DNA of 63,108 bases, filler included, from Trichomonas gallinae (lineage: Eukaryota): the NCBI GenBank assembly GCA_008369845.1. It is 8 parts of 8 records of this genome, joined end to end, with 100 filler letters (N's around TTAATTAATTAA, not from the genome) between each part and the next. Parts side by side here need not be neighbours in the genome. Positions count along the whole stretch, not along the records: positions 25,411 to 47,094 come from MRSU01000742.1; 7 more parts are not named here. The stretch is one strand, 5' to 3'. The position numbers were made by a program, and so were the translations under genes. Positions 32,386 to 43,250 of this stretch are shown here, piece by piece (position 1 is the stretch's first letter; the number at the start of each line of letters is the position of its first letter). The notes under the pieces are model-generated. The model ran no database searches. It was not told the origin of the DNA and saw only the letters and a list, made by a program, of their open reading frames with translations.

Positions 32386-32751
32386 TTAGCATCCGAAAGC
32401 TTTCTGTGTTTCTTCTGTCAAACAAACTTTAAGAGAACGGTCAGTGATTTTGTGGTCAAACCAGTCGTTTCTCTCGTTATCGTAATCGAATTTCAAGGAG
32501 CCAGAAACTGGTGAACTGACCCAGATCTGATGGCCGGGCAATTGCCTGCTTAAAAGGAACTGAGTGCCCTTCATGGCCAGTGTGAGATTGTCTTCGTTCG
32601 CTTCAGCAAAGAAATCGTCGCCTTTGCTTTCATATTTCGACTGGAAGTAATCGCAAAGCGAGAACATCGTATCAGCAACATTTTGCTTGAAGGCACTGTC
32701 AGATTTGAAGGCTCCATAGCCCATCAAATTGCGTGAAAAACCTCTCAACAT
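32386..32751 (-). CDS. FXN: Frataxin (CyaY) with hydrogenosomal presequence
   Basis: LLSRQLPGHQIWVSSPVSGSLKFDY...W frataxin signature. N-terminus MLRGFSRN/L. Inr GTCACTTT upstream. Confidence 0.92.
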   Translation of the reverse strand: MLRGFSRNLMGYGAFKSDSAFKQNVADTMFSLCDYFQSKYESKGDDFFAEANEDNLTLAMKGTQFLLSRQLPGHQIWVSSPVSGSLKFDYDNERNDWFDHKITDRSLKVCLTEETQKAFGC

Positions 32752-33321
32752 TTTCTAGATTTTAGGAACAAAATCTTTAAAAAAGTGACACGAACATCAT
32801 TTTGTCTGATTTTTACAGCTGCAAACATCTCAGGATTGATATTTATCGTGATTTTCGTAGAGAAATCAGCAGTTGTAGTATCAAAATCTCAAATATCAAA
32901 TATTGCATTAAGCAGGAGAGATGGTAGTACTATACTGCGGTAGTTTATGATAGTTTCAGAATTTACATCAACTGGTTCAAACATGAGGCGATTTGATTTT
33001 GGATTTGATGTTCTGATGTTCAACAATGAAGATAATTGCAGCATGAGCCTTATATATCAGCGAAAAACGTATGAATTTGAATTCGTGAAACAAGTGATAC
33101 ATCTCGAGTGATTAAATTTTACAAATTCTTTCTTTTTCATGATAATCTTCATCTTGGAGGAGGGAATTCAATATATGGCCTTCAGTTTTGTTCTAAATTG
33201 TCCAATATAGTTTTATCTCATATAAAAATCGTAAATTCTCACTGGCCTGTGTATAAAACACGAAAAATAAAGATTTTCTATTAAAAATTTTCATTTTTCA
33301 TCAAAGTTTGAAAATATTTTG

Positions 33322-35070
33322 ATGTCAAGTGACAGTGACATCAATGAATTCGAATATGATGTCGACGTTCATGATGACGATGTGTCCGAATCCGATTCTG
33401 GAATCACTATTGACGAATCAATAAAAGATAATTTATATATTCTTCACCATGGACATCCATCAACCAAAAAATCGAAGTTTTCAAACACTACAGATGAAGC
33501 TACAATGAAAGAAAATATATATAAACATGGACTCATGGTTTACAATATCGCAAATCCAAATTTATGCTTGAATCCAGCAATTCGTGACACAGATACCATT
33601 CTCAGATTCGATTCTCATTTCGAAAGTGGTAATTTAGCAGAAGTTTATCATGTTTCAGAGAACGTTTATAATTGCATCTTAGAATATGATAGAAATGCTG
33701 AAGGTTCGTGTCAATGGTTCTACTTTAAAGTCATGAATGCGCGTAAAAACACGAAATATACGTTTTACATTTCCGGATTTCATAAAAAGAAATCTCTTTA
33801 CACATCTGGCGCGAAAATCTTCTGGTACTCAGAGCTTAGGGCACAAATAAGCGATATATCATGGACTCGTGGCGGAGAAAACTATGCATATGGAGTTTTA
33901 CCGGGACAAAAATCAAGAATTAAAAAACGCTACACGGTTTCATTTGATATTACTTTTCCTTATAACAACGATACTATCTACCTGTGCTATGCTCTTCCTT
34001 ATACTTTTAGCGATCTTCAACGCGATATTGAAGGATGGAAAAAATTATCTCCATATTTAATGAGTGAAACGCTATGTGATACACTTGGAGGCCGTGAGTG
34101 TCCTATATTAAGTCTCACCGAGCCAAATCAGCATCTTAAAGATGAAGATAAAAATTGTATTTTTGTAACAGCGAGAGTTCATCCTGGAGAATCAAATGGA
34201 AGCTTCCTAATGCGTGGTTTTATGAATGCTTTATTAGATAATTCTTCAGTTTCTTCATTTTTACGCAAAAATTACATTTTCAAAATTATTCCTATGCTAA
34301 ACATTGATGGAGTCATAGAAGGATTTTACAGGGTATCTCTATCTGGAGATGACTTGAACAGAATCTGGTCTGATCCAGACGAAGGTCTTCATCCTGTGAT
34401 TTTAGCAGCAAAAACAGAAATCTCGAAAATCGCTGCCGAAAGAAAAATCGAAATGTTTATAGACTTCCACGGCCATTCACGCTCTCACGGCACATTTGCG
34501 TTTGGCTGCCCCAATGATGGATCAAACCTTCAGGACATTGAGAAAATATACCCCAGGATTCTTTGCTTGACAAATGATGCTTTTTCCTGGCACAACTGCG
34601 AATTCTCTCTGCCAACAGATAGAAAGAGTGCAGCGAGAATTGTTGTCAGAACAGAGCTGAACGTTGCGCAGTCTTTCACAATAGAGACTTCCTTCGGAGG
34701 AATCATTGCAGGCCCACGCGCAGGAATATTATATGATCAGACGATCTGGGAAGAGCTCGGTCAAACTTGCTGCATCGCTATAAATGCGATGGCAAAAACC
34801 GATGATGATGACAACTACCAGAAGGCTATGAATGATGTAGAAAGCATGAGTCAGTCTCCTCAACCTGATGATACTAAAATGTTTGATGATCTGAGGATAT
34901 CTAGTTCTTGCATGCCTCCTCTTATCAACGCAAAACTCGACGATTTATATACAGCAAAATCCGTCACAACTTATTTTAGCGCAACTGCCGATGATATTAA
35001 AACCGAAAAACCGAGAAAGATAACACTAAGATACTCAGGATTTCCATCAAATATGTCAGATCTCGTCTAA
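33322..35070 (+). CDS. Cytosolic carboxypeptidase (M14D, CCP/Nna1/AGBL tubulin deglutamylase family)
   Basis: FESGNL, QWFYF, LPYTF, ARVHPGE (HxxE), PMLNIDGV, DLNR, DFHGHS, FTIETS. Confidence 0.93.
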   Translation: MSSDSDINEFEYDVDVHDDDVSESDSGITIDESIKDNLYILHHGHPSTKKSKFSNTTDEATMKENIYKHGLMVYNIANPNLCLNPAIRDTDTILRFDSHFESGNLAEVYHVSENVYNCILEYDRNAEGSCQWFYFKVMNARKNTKYTFYISGFHKKKSLYTSGAKIFWYSELRAQISDISWTRGGENYAYGVLPGQKSRIKKRYTVSFDITFPYNNDTIYLCYALPYTFSDLQRDIEGWKKLSPYLMSETLCDTLGGRECPILSLTEPNQHLKDEDKNCIFVTARVHPGESNGSFLMRGFMNALLDNSSVSSFLRKNYIFKIIPMLNIDGVIEGFYRVSLSGDDLNRIWSDPDEGLHPVILAAKTEISKIAAERKIEMFIDFHGHSRSHGTFAFGCPNDGSNLQDIEKIYPRILCLTNDAFSWHNCEFSLPTDRKSAARIVVRTELNVAQSFTIETSFGGIIAGPRAGILYDQTIWEELGQTCCIAINAMAKTDDDDNYQKAMNDVESMSQSPQPDDTKMFDDLRISSSCMPPLINAKLDDLYTAKSVTTYFSATADDIKTEKPRKITLRYSGFPSNMSDLV

Positions 35071-35413
35071 TTAATTAAATTTTGTTTGTTTATTTTCTAT
35101 ATATATATATTTAACAATTTCTTTAAAATATAACATTGCAACTAATAAAATCTCAAAATATGAAGCTTTGATTTTATCAATTTAATATCTGATTTTTAAA
35201 TCTATATAAATAAGACATAAAAATATGATAGATCGATAATGATTTGGAGATATATTTAATATTATTACATTAAATTAGTCATCTGAAAGATAATTTTTTG
35301 AAATAAAATATATTCAACTTTTGGATGAAAATTTCATATTTTGTTATTTCATGAAGATAGATGAGAAAAATGAAAACTCATAAATTTGATGCATGTCAAA
35401 TATTTAAAATAAT

Positions 35414-36199
35414 ATGATGAATGATTTTTCTAATGAAGATGATGAAACTCAAGACTTTGATATTGATCCACCAAGCATCATTGAATACTGTGAAGGTTCT
35501 CTTCCGCTTCCACCTTTCGTTGATTCCGTAAATACATTAACAAAATCTGATTTAATGAGAAATAATTGGTATGGGTATTTAACAATGCCTAAACTAGACT
35601 CATTTAGATTCCCTTATACTGAGGATTCAATAAATAGGCTTGGTTTAACAGCAAAATCAGAAATTGTTTATTCTCTCGAGAAATATTTAGCAAACAGAGC
35701 AAAAATCATTTCCATCTTCAAAACAAGAATGGAGTCAATGATTTATGATATATACTACAGAAAAGAAGACGCACAGAATGAATTAGACATGTGCGTAAAG
35801 TATCTAAATGAAATTACTCACGAAACAGAAAACTACATTAATGTAGTGGCGACGAATAGGCAGGAAACAGCAGCAACAACTAATCTAAAAATGGTTAAGC
35901 TGGATGAGGAAAGTGAGAAAGAACTCTGCAAGAAAATATTCAGCGGTCCAATCAACCGAAGAATAATCATCAAACTTGAAACAAAAATTTTGGTCAAAAT
36001 GAATAAATCAAGGAGCGACATCGTGAGATTGATATGGCAGAGAAGGAAAGCACTCGCTAAATATGGAAAAGGAAGTCAAGAAAGGCCTTCATGGGTTCCA
36101 AGAGAAATCCCGGACAACACTTTGCTAATGTTCTGCAAAGGACAACTGGAAACAATTGAAGTTCCTGAGAGCCAACCAAGTCCATTCCAAAGAAATTAA
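35414..36199 (+). CDS. Hypothetical protein
   Basis: 261-aa ATG-started ORF with coding-like composition; no motif recognised. Confidence 0.7.
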   Translation: MMNDFSNEDDETQDFDIDPPSIIEYCEGSLPLPPFVDSVNTLTKSDLMRNNWYGYLTMPKLDSFRFPYTEDSINRLGLTAKSEIVYSLEKYLANRAKIISIFKTRMESMIYDIYYRKEDAQNELDMCVKYLNEITHETENYINVVATNRQETAATTNLKMVKLDEESEKELCKKIFSGPINRRIIIKLETKILVKMNKSRSDIVRLIWQRRKALAKYGKGSQERPSWVPREIPDNTLLMFCKGQLETIEVPESQPSPFQRN

Positions 36200-36744
36200 A
36201 TATTAATAAAATCATTTTGTTTTTTTTTTCGAAATTTGCTAATAAAATTGGCTTTTTCTGCATGTTGAGTTTCAAATGATCTTATTTTAACACACAATTA
36301 AAAAAATATCAAATTAAATTCGCCGCATCATTGCTTTTATTATATTAAGATATCTATCCATTATTCAGTAATAATTCCATGGACTTGTATAAACTACAAC
36401 ACAGATAGTATAATTTTGCCTGCTATACCAAGTCTTGTTATCCATAAAATAGATAGAAAAATGAAAATTAATTTGACATATCTATATTGATTTATTTTAT
36501 TATAACACAAAATATACTCATTAATAAACATAAGTATCATAGACATATTTATATTATAGATCTTATAGCCTAAATTTTTCTGTGTAACTATGGCTATTTT
36601 CATATATTACAAAAATATTTTTCGATTAAAATTAAAAATACAAAGTATTGATTAAAAAAATGGATGAATAACTGACACACAATAAAGACCGTTTATATCT
36701 AACTAATACACACACTATACAAAAGAAAATTTTCAATCTATAAA

Positions 36745-37857
36745 TTAATAAGGGAAAAGTCTATTGCGAGCTGATTGTGCACGTTTCTTCTTAGCAGGTT
36801 TCTTCTTTTTAGGTCTTGGAGGCTCAATATCTCCATTTTCGAATTTCATGCACAATTCATCAAGAATTCTCACGTGCTCAGCCAATTCATTTGCTCTATC
36901 ACCAATAGCATAGAGATCTGATCTGAGAGCTACTACATCCTTTCCTTGTACTAAACTGGAAACTATTCTTTTCAATCTGAGATTTTCTCTCTCAAGCTCT
37001 TTTTCGCGTGCTGGGATTCCTAAGGATCCATCAGTCGCCAAACCTTCGTTTTCTAGAATAATCTTTGGCGATTCAACTGTGGAGAAGTCAATTTCTTCAT
37101 TTCCAGTTAAATCTAATGAAGTAACAGGAGAAGCATCAATTACGTCATGTATCTGATCGACGAAGCGTGTTGTGAGGTTGTTGTGTGAGAAATCAATGAC
37201 GTGCAAGCAAACTAAGCCTATATTTTTCTCTTTGTTTTGTTCTGCGTGTTTCTCTGCGATTTTCTGGATTCTTCCATGGCATTCGAGCAAGTCTATGAAT
37301 ACAGGGACGATTTCATCAGATAAACCGCAGTTCTTGCAATGCAATTCTTGAATTGATTGTCTTTTGAGAGATTCGCAGAGTTTTGCAAATCCGTTGTCGT
37401 AGAGTGGAATATCGGAGAATCTGAGTACTCTGAGTGAGCTGCATTGTATTATTGACTGAGAAAGAATTTCAATTTCATTTAAACCGAATGGCATTGTTCT
37501 GAAGGATAATGCCCTGATTGTTTTCGCCTTTGGAATGATGCGAGACAAAACACCAATCAATTCTGGTATCACGTCGGGACAGTTTTTAAGAATTGATCCT
37601 TCATACTCGATTGGAGGGTGAAACATTCTTTTTGACTGCGGCCTGTTCTTTGCTTGTTTGAGTTGGGCTTGTAAATCGATGTAAGTTTGATAATTGAAGC
37701 CGATTTCTAGTAATTTGAGACTGTTACTTTGTATTAGAGTGTTTTTTAAGGGATTCCAGTAGTCGATATATATAGCTGATAAATCGAAGTCATAGCAGCC
37801 CTTTTCACTGGACTTCCCGATCTTCTTCAGCTCTTCGTGAGAGAGAAATTGATCCAT
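36745..37857 (-). CDS. LRR protein, CEP78-like
   Basis: N-terminal YDFDLSAIYIDYWNPLKNTL, RNI-type LRRs (PLYDNGFAKLC, NCGLSD), then a coiled coil and basic tail. Start at 37857 preferred; an in-frame ATG also lies at 37914. Confidence 0.75.
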   Translation of the reverse strand: MDQFLSHEELKKIGKSSEKGCYDFDLSAIYIDYWNPLKNTLIQSNSLKLLEIGFNYQTYIDLQAQLKQAKNRPQSKRMFHPPIEYEGSILKNCPDVIPELIGVLSRIIPKAKTIRALSFRTMPFGLNEIEILSQSIIQCSSLRVLRFSDIPLYDNGFAKLCESLKRQSIQELHCKNCGLSDEIVPVFIDLLECHGRIQKIAEKHAEQNKEKNIGLVCLHVIDFSHNNLTTRFVDQIHDVIDASPVTSLDLTGNEEIDFSTVESPKIILENEGLATDGSLGIPAREKELERENLRLKRIVSSLVQGKDVVALRSDLYAIGDRANELAEHVRILDELCMKFENGDIEPPRPKKKKPAKKKRAQSARNRLFPY

Positions 37858-38525
37858 TTTTTGATCTTTAACGGACGGATTCTTTTTTAGGGTTTTAATA
37901 AGATATTCATACATGAATAGCTATAAAACTGAATTTTACAGCAAAATTTTCTTTGTATTTCGATTTTTTTTGATCAAAAATTTATTTTTTCGATTTGAAG
38001 ATTTTTATTATTAAACCCCAATTATAATCTTTATATAGCTAACTATTTTATTAAAGATTTTGATAAAATTCAATTTTCAAAATTTTATGATTGTTGAACA
38101 TATAACAGCTTTGACGGCTACGTAATATTAATTGGTCATTCTTATCATGTGACTTCGTGGCGTGATATAAGTTTGCATTACAAAAATTGCTTTATCTTTT
38201 GTCTCAATATGCGTAAGAATGGAATGCAATCATTTATATTTGTTTTTCTTCTAAATCATCAGTAAAATTCAAAGGTTTTATTACAAAATATATCATTTTC
38301 ATAACTCCAATAGATCTTAGGTAAAAATTTTAGTAAACCAGACATTATACTTATATACATATAGTGATTATATGGTAGAAGTATTCGTTAGGAGATTTTA
38401 CTGCAAGTACAATTTGTTCAACTCTAGAGAATCAAGATTTGAGAAAAAATGATCTCTATGCAATCAACTTATGAGGACAATTTTGCTTTCCAGTCCACAT
38501 TGGTAAATTTTATGAGAGATTCATA

Positions 38526-38834
38526 ATGGAATGGATTCTGTGTCATTCTGATGAATTATTTATAGTAATTTTGCGCAATTTTGATTCCATTTCAAAATTG
38601 GTTGAGATTGGTGCAAACATCGAAGCAAGGGATAATAAAGGAAGAACTGCTTTGATTGTAGCAGCTTTATACAATAATGCTGATTCTTTATCAAAATTGG
38701 TGGAACTCGGTGCAAACATCGAAGCAAAGGATGATAATGGAAGAATTGCTTTGATCGCAGCCGCTGACAACAATAGAGTTGATTCTTTTTCAGATTTGGT
38801 TGAGTTCATTTTTGATATTATAATTCAATTTTAA
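38526..38834 (+). pseudogene. Ankyrin repeat fragment
   Basis: Two 99-bp repeats encoding LVE.GANIEA.D..GR.ALI.AA; non-ankyrin ends. Confidence 0.7.
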
Positions 38835-39344
38835 CTATCATAAAACCGATAATTCAATATAAGATTATGGTAAAATTCAATTTTTCATAATTTCGATAAA
38901 AATATTATTTTGCTTTGAAGGACTTAATTATAATGATTCAATTACAATTTTCATAAAACTAATCATTATATTAAAGCTTTTATTAATATTTGATTTTTCA
39001 AATTTGAATAAAAATAATATTCATTTTGATGACTTTTTATTATTGTAGTTCAACTTGATCATCATAAATATGATTATCAAATCAATGATTCCTAGTTAGT
39101 TTGATTTTTATAAATTTGAAATATCGATTGTAATTGTATTAAAAGTATATTTCACTTCTATTTGGTTTAAATATTACATTTGTTAAAACTTAAAGTTGGG
39201 TTGTAAATGAATATTTTATAAACAAAATATATTAATTGAAAAAAGCCATCATTTCGTGAAAATTAACATGTATTCATATATATTCAAACGAAATGAATCG
39301 TAATTTGGCGAGATTCTATTTTGAACAATAATTTGCGTATTTCA

Positions 39345-40247
39345 TTAATGATACATTCTCTTTTCCTCAAAGAAATCTTCTTTTTCTTCAAATCCTGACC
39401 ATGGATCAAATAATGAGAAAAAATTTTTGATAAATTTACCAAAACAGCCTGGCGTGGTTGTTTGTCTGGTATCTATTGGATTCTGGCGGTTTTCTTCTAG
39501 TAATTCAATTTCAGCGTTGTCATCATCTATAGGAGTTGAATATTCTGGAATACTTGAAGGATGAGATAAAACTTCGGATTCATCATCTTGAACGACTAAT
39601 TTTGCAGAAGGATATAAGCCTGCTTGTTTAATAGTCATTTCTGGGTCATTTGGAAGAAATTCACCTTTTAACATGTGAAAAAGTTTGTGACGTGGTCCAA
39701 TTTTTGTTGCTACCCAGTCATGAATGTCTTTGACCTTTGCATTCTTGTCAAATTGCTCTTTAATCAACTGATCATGATATTGAACTGCAATTCTTGCCAT
39801 ATTTCTTTGGTTATCATTTAACGACGATATAACTTGATTGGTTGTATTAACAGGAGGATTTGGTGAGGAATTATTATTTATTGTCGGATTTACTGGATTT
39901 ACAGGGGGAGAGAAATATGTTCTGAATGCCTTGGGTTGAGGGTAAGCTTGCCATTCTTTTGTAATTGTTTTTCCTGAATTTGGAGCAAAATAATATAATG
40001 AAGGAATTGAATCAACTGGTTTAAATCTTTCAAATACAGATAATTCATCTCTATGTTGTACATAATTCATTCTAACGACAAGAAAATTGTAATGTATTAT
40101 TGGCTCGACGAATATTGAGCTCCAAAAGATATTTTCTTCATCCGGATCATTTTCGACTGAAACAAGCATCGCATATGAAGGATCCTCTTCGCGTATTTGG
40201 TTTGCAACATCAAAATTATCCAAAAACAAAGTTTCTTTTTCGCTCAT
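39345..40247 (-). CDS. UBX domain protein (thioredoxin-like N-terminus plus UBX)
   Basis: ARIAVQ...F...AKVKDIHDWV...MTIKQAGLYPSAKLVV; N-terminal IPSLYYF; N/P-rich linker. Confidence 0.75.
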   Translation of the reverse strand: MSEKETLFLDNFDVANQIREEDPSYAMLVSVENDPDEENIFWSSIFVEPIIHYNFLVVRMNYVQHRDELSVFERFKPVDSIPSLYYFAPNSGKTITKEWQAYPQPKAFRTYFSPPVNPVNPTINNNSSPNPPVNTTNQVISSLNDNQRNMARIAVQYHDQLIKEQFDKNAKVKDIHDWVATKIGPRHKLFHMLKGEFLPNDPEMTIKQAGLYPSAKLVVQDDESEVLSHPSSIPEYSTPIDDDNAEIELLEENRQNPIDTRQTTTPGCFGKFIKNFFSLFDPWSGFEEKEDFFEEKRMYH

Positions 40248-40658
40248 CTGTTTTTGCTTTTATTAGAAATGATCAAAACCAAATAAAAACATCAAATCTA
40301 TCTAAAATACATAGATTATATACACGAGCTTTCTCATTAAAACTCATATTTAAATTTTCATATTTAATTGATTGAATAAAATACTTTTTGCTACTGATAT
40401 TTACATTTATTCGTTGAGTTTTAATCATATACAACTTCTAAAGTCTCAAATATTTGATTTGATGATTTTATATATATTATTCGAAGTAATCATATGTTCG
40501 TGCATTGATTTATGAAAATTGATGGTGATTTACGGAAAGATCTAGAATATTTAAATCTTAATATTCATAGATAAATTTATGATAAATAACAAACAAAGAA
40601 CTAGTCAATAACACAAAATATATGGTCTGTATGATTCTAAACAGAAAGAAAACATTCA

Positions 40659-41801
40659 TCATTTGGCAACTTTTTGAACAGGAATAATTTTTGCATGCTG
40701 ATGATGTATAGGTTTGACGCGGAGAATCTTAGAAGCTGCCTTACGTGGTGGAACGGCAAGCTGTCGCGATTTGATCTTTGGTAATTTATTAACTGGAGGA
40801 GCAATTTCACGAACAACAGCTAAAAATGACTGTCCTCGTGTGGACGTTGGGCTTTCAGGTGATTCTATCTCTGGATTGTCGTCATGATCGTAGTCAAAGA
40901 ATTTATCAACAGCTTTAAGCGAAACAAGCTTAGGCGGTTCTTGTATATCTTTATGTGCAAGTCCTTTAGGGGCTATTTTTAGCCATTCGTGGCTTAAAGC
41001 TTGCTCTATTGTGAATCTTTTTGATGGATCAACAGTCATTAGTCCGACAAGGAATTCTTTAGCCTGGTCACTTATATTTGTTGGGACTTTATAATCACCC
41101 GCTCTTATCTGATCGAACAGTTGCTGCTGATTTCTTTTAGTCCATGGAAGCTGACCAGTTAAAGCGGCATATAAGATAACGCCGCAACTCCAAATATCAC
41201 TGGCGCATCCACCATATGGAAAACCGCTGAGACATTCTGGAGATGCATAGCAAGGAGAGCCGCATGGAGTATCGACAAGTCCGTTGTGGCCGACATACCT
41301 TGAAAGTCCAAAATCACTGATTTTTATATTGTTCTGAGCGTCTAAAAGTAGATTTTCTGGTTTCAAATCGCGATGAGCAATGCCTAATCGATGGACATAT
41401 TGGAGAGCTTCAAGTGTTTGTTTCATTGCAATTGCTGCAATGTTCTCAGGTATACATCCATTATCAATAATGAATTGAAAGAAGTCGCCATTTGGGCAAA
41501 ATTCCATTACGACATAATAATTTAAGTCATCTTTCATTAAATCGACGATTTGAACAATGCTGGGATGATGTAATTGCTGGTCAATACGAATTTCTGATTC
41601 AAAGCGCTGCTCTAAGTTAGCTTCTACTATTCTAATTTTGGGTATAATTTTACAAGCATAATATTGACGCGTTTCGACATGCATTACAAGCTTAACTATA
41701 GAAAAAGCTCCTTCTCCTATGAGTCCCTTGAACACATAAGAGCCTAATTGAGTAGGGGTGGTGATAGGAGAGTTCGTTTTTTTTTCTAATATGTAAATCA
41801 T
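40659..41801 (-). CDS. CAMK-group Ser/Thr protein kinase
   Basis: IGEGAFSIV, YACK, HRDLKPENLL, DFG, CGSPCYASPE, DIWSCGVILY. Confidence 0.95.
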   Translation of the reverse strand: MIYILEKKTNSPITTPTQLGSYVFKGLIGEGAFSIVKLVMHVETRQYYACKIIPKIRIVEANLEQRFESEIRIDQQLHHPSIVQIVDLMKDDLNYYVVMEFCPNGDFFQFIIDNGCIPENIAAIAMKQTLEALQYVHRLGIAHRDLKPENLLLDAQNNIKISDFGLSRYVGHNGLVDTPCGSPCYASPECLSGFPYGGCASDIWSCGVILYAALTGQLPWTKRNQQQLFDQIRAGDYKVPTNISDQAKEFLVGLMTVDPSKRFTIEQALSHEWLKIAPKGLAHKDIQEPPKLVSLKAVDKFFDYDHDDNPEIESPESPTSTRGQSFLAVVREIAPPVNKLPKIKSRQLAVPPRKAASKILRVKPIHHQHAKIIPVQKVAK

Positions 41802-42589
41802 CCAAAAATAGTTTTGTAATGTATTGAAAAATTGTTTGGTTTACGAAGAAATTGAAAGATGCACAGTAAAATTGTTAACTATTCAATATTCAAAACAATA
41901 TATATTCCACTATATATGATTTTATAAACATTCAAAATCAACATTCAAAATATAGATTGAAAATAATTCAAATATGATTTTGCTCTACTAATCAATATCT
42001 CTAAAATCCTCTGAAAATAAAATTGACTAGTTCGTTGAAAAGTGCTGAAATTTTTTAGAGCGCTTTTTCTGACTTTATTTATCGTTGACAATTGATCGAA
42101 TTATTCATCACTTGCTGATTTATAGAGTATTATTATGTGTATAAAAATTAACAATAAATTTTAGTCCACTTTTATGAAATGAATCGCTTTATAATTCTTT
42201 CATAGATGGAACTTGCCATCAATTAATTTTTGTTTCAAAAAATTCAATTCAATGGATATTAATACCCAAAACTTAATTTCAATGGGTAAGTCTTTATCCG
42301 CACTTCATAATATGCTAATCACATCCATACGGCGAATTATTGCATTAAAATAGGCAAAATTAACTTGAATTATTTTCAATTTGAAGCGAAAAAATAAGGA
42401 AAACCTGTGATCCGATTATCAAAACCGTATAATTCCATCCGTACTCTACAGTCGTCTTGCTGTTGTGCCGAATCTATTGTATCTAGACTGAAGTGAAACT
42501 CCATTGTCTAAAATTTTTGTCAAAAAAAGTCCCAACGTCATGACACGTAAAACATATTTCCGACAAATAAAATAAATTAATGCCATATA

Positions 42590-43155
42590 AAATAAATTAT
42601 TGACACGTAAATTTATTTAAATTCTCATTATTTAAAGAAATAAATCATATTTGTGATAACAAGGAAGATGGGATTTCAAATTTAATCGAAATTTTATTTT
42701 GCTATTAAATTATTGACATGTAAAATAGACTATTGACACGTAAACAATTTTTAAATAGTTGCGAGACTTTTCGCGGTTTCATTCAATTTTGAATTCGCTA
42801 TGAAAAAATAACAACTATTTCAAAATGCATTGACACTTTATGCGGTTTTGAGCTCAAACAACAAAAGTGTCAAACATTTTGCTAACATAGAAAGAATGTG
42901 GGGGACTGATGCTGCTCACACGGTGTAGCTCCATATTCAGAATATAAGTAGGCATGTTCACAATGACCAATTTTATAAGAATCCAATAGATTTTTCTACA
43001 CGTGTTTTACCCTTCCAATAAATATTTTTGACAAATAAATTAAATTATTGACATGTAAACATGTTTACAGTCTCAGAATTTGATGAAATAAATCATATTC
43101 GTGATAATAAGAGGAAATGGATTCAAATATAGTAGCAATTTTATTTTGCTATCAT
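42590..43155. repeat. Diverged direct repeat pair (about 115 bp) starting with TGACAYGTAAA
   Basis: TAAATTATTGACA(C/T)GTAAA...GAAATAAATCATATT.GTGATAA...TTCAAAT...AATTTTATTTTGCTAT at about 42592-42705 and 43041-43153. Confidence 0.65.
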
Positions 43156-43250
43156 TCCTTTCAAATTTTTTGAATACAAAATAATCGTCAACATTTTCAA
43201 TTTCCCAAAAACGTGACAAGATAAAAATTTCTGACAAATCTTAAAAAAAT

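Noticed and set aside
23501..32751. RIC plus frataxin as an Fe-S gene cluster
   Set aside because: They are separated by a gap and several unrelated genes, and probably act in different compartments.
36671..36682. ACTGACACACAA resembling the trichomonad intron branch/3' splice motif ACTAACACACAG
   Set aside because: Two mismatches including the terminal AG, intergenic position, and no matching 5' splice site.
42525..42910. AAAGTCCC...GGGACT pairing as RNase MRP/P P4 helix
   Set aside because: CR-V consensus is not met, the intervening sequence is AT-rich repeat DNA, and the 3' part belongs to a coding relic.
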